This document shows positions 26,629 to 38,900 of a DNA stretch of 64,000 nucleotides, piece after piece (position 1 is the first letter of the stretch; each line of letters starts with the position of its first letter). The DNA lies in the NCBI GenBank assembly GCA_964035545.1, contig OZ037767.1, positions 12,881,801 to 12,945,800 of the forward strand, read 5' to 3'. Both the position numbers and the translations under genes were made by a program. The notes below the pieces were generated by a model that was given only the letters and a program-made list of their open reading frames with translations, was not told the DNA's origin and did not search any database. This DNA comes from Bugula neritina. Its lineage: Eukaryota; Animalia; Bryozoa.

Positions 26629-29148
26629 CATATATATAATTTAATGTCATATACAGTACCTCCAGAAGGAAGTTCAGATTATCATACAATACTGGAAGCA
26701 GAGGAAGTATACAAAGAGAAATACCAGTCAAATAAAACCAATGAAAAGAACAGTGTATCTCTTGATGACAACTTGAAGAGAGATAAAAGGCAATCTTTGC
26801 CAGACACAACATATATTATACAGCTTTACATGGTGGTTGACTACTATCTTTCCGAAAAGTGAGTGATCTGTTTGCTAACAAGTTTAGAAGTGCATAAGTT
26901 GAACTTTGAGGATGAAAGAGACACTAAAACTAAAAATAGAAAACCATTCTTAAAGCTAGTGTTTACTTTGTAGGTTGAAAGAATCTAGAATTGAGGTTGG
27001 ATGGAGTGGTGACGATTCAGATTACATACACTTTGTCATGGGACACATGGCCAATGAAGTGAGTACATTATAATATTTTCTCTACACTCTGCTAGTGTAA
27101 CCAACAGGCGTAGATAATTGTTTAGTCTTAAATCATAAATGATTTAACAAATCCAAAAGGTTTTGTCATGTTGGATGTGTGCACAGGGATTTGTGTTGTA
27201 GTAGCTTAAATTGTTTAAACTTCAGGTATTCAAGCAGCTAGATTCATTTATTAAGCTGTGTTTGTGTGACAACAGCTAAGACTAAAATGTAATAGATAGC
27301 CTTAACTTTATAATCTCATGAACATATGATCAGTTTATCTATTGATCGACATTTTTTCAGCATCTATTCTCAAACATTCTCTAAACAATAGCTAAGATGT
27401 ATGCGAATATTTTAATACTGCATAAACGAACTTTATCAAAGATTCTTTAATATAAACTTTATAAAATCTAGATATCTTATAGGCTCTGATTTTTGTTTAT
27501 TTGTGTCATATATAATAACAAAAACACATAACTATATAAAAATGGAAATGCACATTTATCTTCTATGCAAAATACTGATGCTAGTAAAATAATTCATAAA
27601 CTACGTTATAATTTCAGATTGATGTTCGGTATAGAAACATAGACTCCAGTGTCAGTCCCGTGAGTGCTACTTGGACTATCGGAACAAAGCTATCATACTT
27701 GACAATTGCAGAAGTAAGTTTTTGTGCATAATTAATTGTTTTAATAGCATGTTGTTAGTTGCTGCATATATTATATAGGTCACACTATTCAGTAGCAGTA
27801 AATAAATCTATTGCTGTAGCAGCAATTTTTAAAAAAAATTAAAGTGCTAACTTTTTTTGTTCAAAACCTAATTTGCGCTTTTGGATTGAGGATTCCTCAC
27901 TCGCCTGAGTAACTGTAAGCCCAACTCAAAAAACCATTATGCAACATTAAGGTGTAAATAGTTGAGTGACCATCGCAGTATGTTTTATAAGGACCAAAAC
28001 CAACTTTGTTACTAAATGTACTGAATACTGGGGTACTACGCAACCAGAGATGCCAAACAAATGACTTAAACTATTAGCTTTAGTAAAACCAATGGCAACC
28101 ATCTGGCGTGTAATGCTATCATACAGATGAATGGCTGCTTTAGCTAACTTAATGTTAAATTTATTACATGAACACCGTAAATAGTTTTTTCATAGACATA
28201 TTTTTACAGATTTTCCTTCAATGTTATATATATAATAGTGTGTTCTATTGTTTGTGTAGCCATACCAAACTAGTAAACAAAGTGATAGGACTAGCATAAT
28301 TATATGTTGTAAAGTAAATTTGCACACTTATTATAGTTACTGTAATTTTGTTTAGATTGCTGGGTTGCAAACAGTGAAAATTACATAATAACATACTGTA
28401 TAGTAAATAGATATTTTTGTTGTAATTGTTTTGACAATTACAGACAAGTCTGGAATCTTCATGGACTTTTCCGAGCAGTTCTGGGCTTTTAGACTCTTCT
28501 ACAGGATTGAACTCATTTACTGTTTGGATTGGTGACAATGATGACACTCTGCCTTCTGATGCTGACCACTATATGCTCGTTACCAGGTGGGCTATGTTAA
28601 CTTTCACTGTGCACCTGCTTTTTTTTAAAAAATGATTGGTTTGGTAAGAAGTAGTGATAATATTTAACAGACATAATAAAGTTTTATTGAATGTTGACCT
28701 GCTTTATTTTTATGTTTTAAAGCAGATAAACATTTACAAAGTATTTGTTATAGCCTTGATCTGACATCAGCTGGTTCATCTAGTAATGCAGGTCTAGCAT
28801 TTGTGGGAGGAGTTTGTGGCAATAATCCTTCTTCAATCAATGAGTTTGGTGATACGACTGTTCTGGCTCACGAACTCGGACACAAGTAAGGTCAAAGCTA
28901 GACCAAAGTTGAATTTTGCATGAGCTGATAACTGATAAAAAATGTTCCAACTGTTATGCTGTTATGTAGCAAATTAGAACGAGTAAGAGCAATTCTTTTT
29001 AAATAGTCATTTTAAGATTAAGCCGTTGGAGTAGATGAAGCATTATATTTTTTCTTCCTAACAATTACATACCTACATACATGCATATATATATCCAAGC
29101 TGAAAATAGAAATATATATATATATATACATATATATAACACACACGC

Positions 29149-29213
<65 letters not shown>

Positions 29214-29243
29214 CGTACGCACGCACGCACACACGCACGCACG

Positions 29244-29278
<35 letters not shown>

Positions 29279-29925
29279 CTTTACGAGCTAGCAATTTGAT
29301 TATAAATAAGTATACGAGAAACATTGTTGATTTATTATTTTATTAGGTAAAGTAATTATACTGATATTTCGAGTACCAATGTACCCATCTTCGGAGTAGC
29401 AATGAATGGAATTCAAAAATTTATCAACACATCTCCACTACTAATAATGGAAACATGTCAATAGACAATGTAACAGTTTTAAATCATTCATTTAAAGGAA
29501 TCCACCATCGAAAAGTAGCCGAAGCTCTCTACATTAAACAAATAAAACCGCAACTCAATAAAAAAAATTACTCCATACCACTAAAACTATATCAATAGCT
29601 CCACACTACTCAACTCTCACATAGTTTCACTAATTCTTGCTGTTTTTATATTTGGATATCTATTTTTTTTGTCAACTCTAATTTATTTTTTATGCAAAAT
29701 AAATCAGTATAATTTTTGACCTGCGTAATATATAAAATAAGATTATCTCTAAGTTTCAATGGTTTACAATAACTGCCACTCTTTATTCTTTGTGTCATGC
29801 ATAACGTCTAACGTAGAATGAAGATCTAAGTTTATTTTTATATCCAAAATTGTATTAGTACCAAATATAAATACTCTATTTTTCGAAATATTGAGTTCTT
29901 TTGATTCATTTTTAATTATAGAAAC

Positions 29926-29956
<31 letters not shown>

Positions 29957-32900
29957 GTATATATATTTCTATTTTTAGCTTGGATGCAGCTCACGATGGA
30001 ACAGGAAATACCTGCTCGGCTAATGATCAGTTTATTATGGCACCTTCGAGTTCTCTTACTGGTGCGGCTACTAGAGGCAATCCTTGGAAATTTTCGATAT
30101 GTTCTGCAGAGAAATTTGATGCCTTTCTCACGACACTCAACAAGTATGTAAATGTGTAAAGTAATAGATTGCTGTTAGCTACTGCATGTGATTATTTTGT
30201 TATCTATACAAAACTCATGTTGCTTTATAGTTATTACTCCTTGAGAGAACCACTGTTGGAAGGGGTCTTTTTAGCTACAGAATAGCTTCTATATTGAGCA
30301 ATTATAGAACAATTATGACTGAATGCATTTCTTTACTTCACCAATGACGACTGACAGTATTTGAACCACTGACCATGTGTATACTATGCTAGTGCTCTAA
30401 CTGGTAGGCTGATCCTTCTCCTTGCACTTTTTTGTATGATTTTATATGTATAAAATTCAAGCTTGCATTTCTGTTTTAGTGGTGGTAACAACTGCTTAAG
30501 TAATGATGGCTCATACATAGCATCATGGAGTGAGCACTACACTGGATATATAGGTCAAACTATCCCAGTAGATGAACAGTGCAGGCTAACCTTTGGCGAT
30601 AACTACTATTATTCTGTAAGTCTGATCGTTTGTATCCAGCTACAAAAGTAGTTAGCATTTTATAGAGCAGTTTTTTCTATCAAAAAAATCCTTTGGTTCA
30701 AATGCAAAAATTGCATCAGAATATGTAAATTTTGTGAAATTAATAATTTTTATTGTGTGCATAATTATGTAAACGCAACTGTTTTTAAGTTTATGATTTC
30801 GAACACTATAAAATATCCTTAACTTGTTATATTGAGGTGTATTTTGCTATTAAACAGCTTAAAACAAATAATTAGCAAGTTGATGAAACAGTTTCAATAC
30901 TTTGACCAACAAATAATGTCAATTTAATTATGAAGGTTATATTATTTTTAATTCAATTTATATGAAGAATTATATAATTCTTTGTATGCTTCTTACAAAT
31001 AACATAATTAGAGTTTTACAGATGATGCATACTGAAAACTTACGTTTAGAAAATTGTTTTTAGACATCTTTTTTTTCTGACGTTTGCCATGCATTGTGGT
31101 GCACAGAAGACGGTTTAAGTTCTACTGCAAAAAGAGCCGCCCTTTCCTATACCACATGTGGAAATATGAAGGTAAAGCAATCAAAAGGGCATTGTGCATT
31201 TGGAAAGGGAAGAGTTGATCTAACCTGAAAAAAATCAAAATAATTGTTGAGATTTGGGGTAAATAAAATACGCTGGGGGGGGGAGGGGGATGAGGAATTT
31301 TTTTTAATAATATGATTTTAAGAGTGTGATAAAATAGTTGTAATTTTTACCCAAATTTACAGTCACCATCCCTGTCCAAAGCCACTGGTGAAACAAATTT
31401 TTGAAGGGAGCTAGAACTTATTCAAAGGTTGGCACAGGAGCAATTTTGACTGGATGCTCTCCCTAACCTTATCAATGGCCTTCACTGGGGTTAGAACCCA
31501 TGACTTTGTGTTTACTAAACTAGTGTTTCAACATTAGGCCACCGCTGTTATATAAAATAATTGTTCTTCTGTGCTGTAAAAAAAATATTTTTAGTCACAA
31601 AATAGTAATTCACAACCACTAACTTGATTATTTAACAAAGCAGAACGTGAAAGTTTTTAACAAATATGTCTGATCAAACCTTTTACAGTGGTGTGTTGAA
31701 GAGGAGTGTGTGGAAGATCCTAATGCTCCAGCACTAGATGGTAGGTAAAATGTTTCATTTCAAAACATATGTATTTTGTGAAAGTTGAAGATTATGTACT
31801 GTTGAGTTCAAGTTTTTATTTGATAGCTGAAATTATGAGGCAAAATATATTTTGTATATCGAAATATAAGTTAAATATAACCAATGCATTTAAAATATTG
31901 GTTGATAGAGGTCTTGGTGAAAATATTGAAAATAAATAAGAAAAGTATGAATACACCTTGTCAGTTGGGTAAACCGAGGGTACACCAGTCCCCAAATAAT
32001 GACTGCTATTGATTTAGTAGCTAGCTGATAAAAAGTCTATTACTTTAGAAACTATGCATTCTCTTGTGAAATAATTGATTTCCTTGTAGAAAATTGTCCA
32101 CTTGGGGATCAACCAGGTCAAATATTCACAAACTCAGATATGACATGTGCAACAGCAGAAGCTATAGACTGCGCTAGGTCATCTACTGTAGTGTCAAAAT
32201 GTTGTGCAACTTGTCCTTCACATGAGAAACCATGGCTGGGACCAGATTGTCCGTATGGAGATAAACACCCTATTTGTCCTCAACTGAATGACGCTAGCTG
32301 TGCTGTAAATGGTGCCATCTGTTGTGACAGCTGCTGTGATGTGAATGGACCAGCAGAAGGATACAGCTGTGATCCTACATCAACTACTACTACAACAACA
32401 ACAACCACTACAACACCTACTACCACCACAACACCAACTACTACCACAACACCAACTACCACTACAACACCAACTACCACCACAACACCAACTACTACTA
32501 CAACACCAACAACTACTACAACACCAACTACCACCACAACACCAACTACCACCACAACACCAACTACTACTACAACACCAACTACCACCACAACACCAGC
32601 TACCACTACAACACCAACTACCACCACAACACCAACTACCACCACAACACCAACTACTACTACAACACCAACTACCACCACAACACCAACTACTACCACA
32701 ACACCAACTACCACCACAACACCAACTACCACCACAACACCAACTACTACTACAACACCAACTACCACTACAACACCAACTACCACCACAACACCAACTA
32801 CCACCACAACACCAACTACTACTACAACACCAACTACCACCACAACACCAACTACCACTACAACACCAACTACCACCACAACACCAACTACCACCACAAC

Positions 32901-35900
32901 ACCAACTACTACTACAACACCAACTACCACTACAACACCAACTACCACTACAACACCAACAACCACCACAACACCAACTACCACTACAACACCAACGACC
33001 ACTACAACACCAACTACCACTACAACACCAACTACCACTACAACACCAACTACCACTACAACACCAACAACCACCACAACACCAACTACGACCACAACAC
33101 CAACTACCACTACAACACCAACGACCACTACAACACCAACTACCACCACAACACCAACTACCACCACAACACCAACAACCACTACAACACCAACAACTAC
33201 TACAACGCCAACTACCACCACAACGCCAACTACCACCACAACACCAACTACCACCACAACACCAACTACCACTACAACACCAACTACCACTACAACATCA
33301 ACTACCACTACAACACCAACTACCACTACAACACCAACAACCACCACAACACCAACTACGACCACAACACCAACTACCACTACAACACCAACGACCACTA
33401 CAACACCAACTACCACTACAACACCAACTACCACTACAACACCAACTACCACTACAACACCAACAACCACCACAACACCAACTACCACTACAACAACAAC
33501 GACCACCACAACACCAACTACCACTACAACACCAACTACCACTACAACACCAACTACCACTACAACACCAACAACCACCACAACACCAACTACCACCACA
33601 ACACCAACTACCACCACAACACCAACTACCACTACAACACCAACTACCACTACAACACCAACTACTACTACAACACCAACGACCACTACAACACCAACTA
33701 CCACCACAACACCAACTACCACCACAACACCAACTACCACCACAACACCAACAACCACCACAATACCAACTACCACTACAACACCAACTACCACCACAAC
33801 ACCAACTACCACCACAACACCAACTACCACTACAACACCAACAACCACCACAACACCAACTACGACCACAACACCAACTACCACTACAACACCAACGACC
33901 ACTACAACACCAACTACCACCACAACACCAACTACCACTACAACACTAACTACCACTACAACACCAACTACCACCACAACACCAACTACCACTACAACAC
34001 CAACTACCACCACAACACCAACTACCACTACAACACCAACTACCACTACAACATCAACTACCACTACAACACCAACTACCACTACAACACCAACAACTAC
34101 AACAACACCAACAACTACTACAACACCAACTACTACTACAACACCAACTACCACTACAACACCAACTACGACCACAACACCAACTACCACCACAACACCA
34201 ACAACCACCACAACACCAACTACCACCACAACACCAACTACCACTACAACACCAACTACCACCACAACACCAACTACCACTACAACACCAACTACCACCA
34301 CAACACCAACTACCACTACAACACCAACTACCACTACAACACCCACTACCACCACAACTACAGCTGTTTCAACTCCTAGACCAAGGAGAAAACGTTTTCG
34401 AAATAGACGTTTTTGGCTTCGACTTCGCATTAGAAGATTGATCAGACAAAACTTTGTCTGCTCTGATCCAGATTTTGCAGACAGAAGTTCTCTCACCTAC
34501 CAGCAGTTTGAAGTAAGTCATCTTTACCATTTTAATATATCGCTATAAACATCTGCAAAGCTTATTATTAGAAGTTGCCTAAAGATAGTTGGCTAGATCT
34601 AACTTCAACTAGATTGCTGAAAACAAATGAAAGTTTATTGCTACTAGTATAAAGCCGCACAAAGCAGTAATACTGAGCATTTTCAGCGTGACATGTTGCA
34701 CTTGGTAAACAAAAGTAAGCCAAATTCACAATTGATTCATAAAGCTTACTTGATGGTACGCTATCCATGGTATCTTTCAGCATATTAGTATACAAAGAAT
34801 CTTTTAAGCATGCAAATGCAAGAGTCTCACACTAAGTCAAGCCTAACCTTATGTGCATCCTATACTTTTGTATGATTACTGTGGATTATGAACTTCTTTT
34901 AGTCTATAGCACGTTTTTGAACCAAATACTTTGATATCACTCTAAGCAGTAAAATCGTAGGAATTACAAAACCCTATGTTAATGAAACTTAGCTGATTTG
35001 ATCAATGATCTCACTGTCACATACCCACGCACGTACGCACTCATCGTCAATGTTTAGTTTCAATTAAATTTTGGTTTATTACTATGCATCAAAAATTTTC
35101 GCAAAATATAGTTTTCCTGCATGCAAATCCTTTCTCATGACGTAAAAAATGTTGCATTAAGCAACTGCAGTAATGACCAACAATGCAACGTTATAAGTAA
35201 AGAAACTATTGTACACATGAAAATCTGGCAATCAATAAGAGTTTAATATTTATTTTATAGCCATACATGTAAACGAAATTGTTTATTTATTAGGTATTTC
35301 AGTAACAACTAGTGCTGTAAAAATGTGTATTGACTTATATTTTCAGACTTGGTATTTTTTTCTTACTTGTTGCATTCGCTTTATATTTTAAGCTTCATAG
35401 TTTCAATAAGCTAGGTTCACCTTTGAAAATAAAACTGGTATGTAGATTTCATTTTCTTCTGCACTTCGTAACTATATTTTTTACAAACTTGTTTTTTCTT
35501 TGTATGCAGAACCAGCTATGTGAAATCATCAACAATTATGTTCGGAATGTCAGATCCTGTGGACCATTCATAATATCTTGTGGCAGTATTATTGCTGAAA
35601 GTACTGTTGAAGTAGTTGAGAGAGATGATGATGACCCAGCCAATGCTGCTGCTGCCAATCAGTCACAGTTTACTCAACAAATTTCTTCCATTCTCAATGA
35701 TTCGGCATTAGGTAGTTAACTGCAACTTATACTGCTTTCATGGCAATCACTTTCAAAAATTTTTTACTACTGTGTTCGTTAACAATTTCGTAAAACTAAA
35801 AAAAAATTATCTGGTTAAAAACGTTTTCCCATAGCTTGACAGGTAGATCAAATCAAATTCTTTCTGTTTATGTATGTCTAGAAATATCAAGTCATCGACA

Positions 35901-38900
35901 TTATAAGCATTTTTCTTACAGTTGTTGCTGAAGCACCGGTAGTGTTAGATGTGAACGAATGTGAAGATTCAAATCTGAATGACTGTAGTCCTAATGCCAA
36001 CTGCACCAACACAGATGGGTATTATACTTGCACTTGTAATGAAGGTGAGAAATCTCTGTACATGATTTAAATGACTATACACACGAAGATTAGTCAAAAT
36101 TTATATATATTATTTTATGTCAAATTGACTTCAAAAAGTACCCTTTTTTATTCATTTATTTTATATTATTGGTTATATACACTTATCGCTATCGTCAACA
36201 ATGTATATTTCAGATTATCCAGTTGATATGTCCGAGTTTAGTGATGAATTGGGAAGAATTTGTGCCAAGTCATGTGACGGAGTTAGTTGTGATGTAAATG
36301 AAGTCTGTGTGACCCAAGCAGAAGCAGACCCTGTGTGCGTGTCACAAGGTTAGGATCTGTTTTACTTTCTGAGTTTATAACTGAAGCTGTATTTTATACC
36401 CACCTACAGCAATTACTACATAAAGTTTCTATATAGAGCATTTGGTTTCTAATGTTTATTGAGAAATTGTTCTGCATATTTCGGTGTACTGCTTATAAAT
36501 TATGTTACACTTTAGTACTATTAACTTGCAGTGCCTTGAGGCTTCTATAGTAGGCTAACTATTTCTAGGTGACCTAATTTAGCCTTTATCATATGCTATA
36601 TAATATATATTAGATTAACAATTGTTTTATGACTAGCTGAATTGTTCTTTTTACAATCTACTATTGCGTTGCATAGACTTAATTATGAATCTATTATTGC
36701 CATTTCCTGATACTACTGACTAACATTATTTGCACATGTGAGTCATTTATTTTTGGTTTTCGCTCAAAACTTCCGTTTCTGAACATTCTGTTTTTTCCAT
36801 TACACACCAAAACAAGCTAAAATTGCAATTAGTCATCATCACCACATCTATGTTATTTTGGGGCTGTCACAAAGCAGCAGGTTTGTGGTCTGTTTAGTTT
36901 TAATTTCTCCATTAGTACATTTAGTACTATATTCACATGAGTACTTAAGCTGGGCAAACGCTATCTTTTGCAAATTTTTAAAAATTGTGATTTCAGGCTA
37001 AGCAATTTGCTAGACATCAAAGTAGCTTGTAACTCCTAATTCAACAAAATATACACTTATGTAAAACAAAAATCTTTTGTATAGCATTACAATTGGGTTT
37101 TGCATTAAGAATGAGAATTTCCTTATCGCACACATTGCTTAAACTGAAATTGCCATTTTCATAATAGATGCTACAACTATTATAAGACATAAACAGAAAA
37201 TACTGTCATTGTCAAAGTTTGTTTTTTGTATTACCTAGTCTAAACAAATTTGTAGGCTATATATCTATAATATTTTCCTAATATAAAAAAAAAAATTTGC
37301 ATGTTAGGATTTGGGGACTGTTCGACTATTAAATTTTTGATTTTATAAGTAGGAACTTAATGATGTATTTCAATTTTATACAACTTTTTTGACTTTGTAT
37401 TGTAATTTTTAGCAACTACTACAGAGGCTGCTGTAACTAACTCTGAATCAAGTGAATCAACAATTCTTGGCTTAAAAACAAAGACATTCCAACTGGAGCT
37501 GACAATTGACAAGTTTATTTCATACAACTTTGACTGTGCCGATCCAGATTTACAGAATACTCAAAGCGCCAAATACTTAGAGCTTGAAGTAAGGGGAGAT
37601 GATTTTGTTAACAGGCTTGACAAAAATACCTTTTCTACAATCAAATGGTTGAAAGGGAACGGTTTTTTAAATTTAATTTAATTAAATGCAAAAACTTAAT
37701 AAGTTTGATTTTTAATGAAATATTATTTCAAATTGTTTTGTGTAGAACAACAAACTTGGCTCTACGATACGATAAAAATGATTACTTACTCATTTTCATG
37801 CTATAACCTATATTAAGTTTTAGTGATAAAAGTTATAGCAGTTTTAATTCTACTTCTGCAGCAAATAACTTGCACAGCAATAGGCAGACACGTCAACAAA
37901 GTACAGAGCTGTGACAGCCTCACAGTATCCTGTGGCAGCATCAAAATCAGCACTGTAGTACAGGTCTTAGAGAATATCTTAGACTCTGCTGCCGATGCTG
38001 CCCCTTCATCTACTGCAGAGTTCATTCAACAGATTGCTGGAATACTTAAAGATCTTGAACTTGGTTAGTTTTATACCAGTAGGCTATATAGCTTTATAGT
38101 ATTCAAAAATTTAGAACTTGGTTAGTGTTATGACAATATATACTCAGCAGTTTTTAATCCAAAACTTTTATGTGGAACAAAACAAATTTAACTAAACAAA
38201 TTAAAAATTAATTTTATTGTTTTAAAGTTTTTAGCAGATTAATAATCGAATTTGTACATAACCAAACCATTTTATGCAGTTTTAGTCATTGTGTACAATA
38301 ACTTTGTTTATTGTAGTTGTTACTGTGCAACCATCAGTATCAGATGTTAATGAATGTGAGAACTCAGAACTGAATGACTGTAGTCCTAATGCTGAGTGTA
38401 CCAACACAGATGGATATTATACTTGCCAGTGTAATGATGGTGGGTTCATCATATATCTGTTGAATCTATAGGATCTGAATCACATCTTCAAAGTTTAAAC
38501 AGATTCCTTTTCAGTTACATCAAATAGAACCACATACTTCTTTTACTTTATATATACAAATCGACAGAGTTTTATTACCAGATGTTACCAAGTCAAGAAA
38601 ATAGTTTTTAAAAACTCTCATCTTTCACAATTTATAGCAATAAAACCTCCAAAACAATCATTTGTACTTATCGCATATTAATATCATATCTACTGTAGAT
38701 GACTAATGTACATGTATTATTAACCATTTGTTTCTCCCTTGTTTTAGGCTACTCAGCAGATCTTTCAGAGTTCTTAGATTTGGGAGGTAGAATTTGCGCT
38801 CAATCATGTGATCGTTTTGCTTGTCCAACAACTCAAGTTTGTAAGGAAGTAGCTGAAGATGAGCCAAACTGTGTATGTGAGGGTAAGTAAATCATCTGAC

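Noticed and set aside
32280-34496. 738-aa poly-Val/Gly minus-strand ORF and 534-aa QHQLP plus-strand ORF
   Set aside because: Shadow frames of the 18-bp mucin repeat; only the Thr/Pro frame is in phase with flanking exons.
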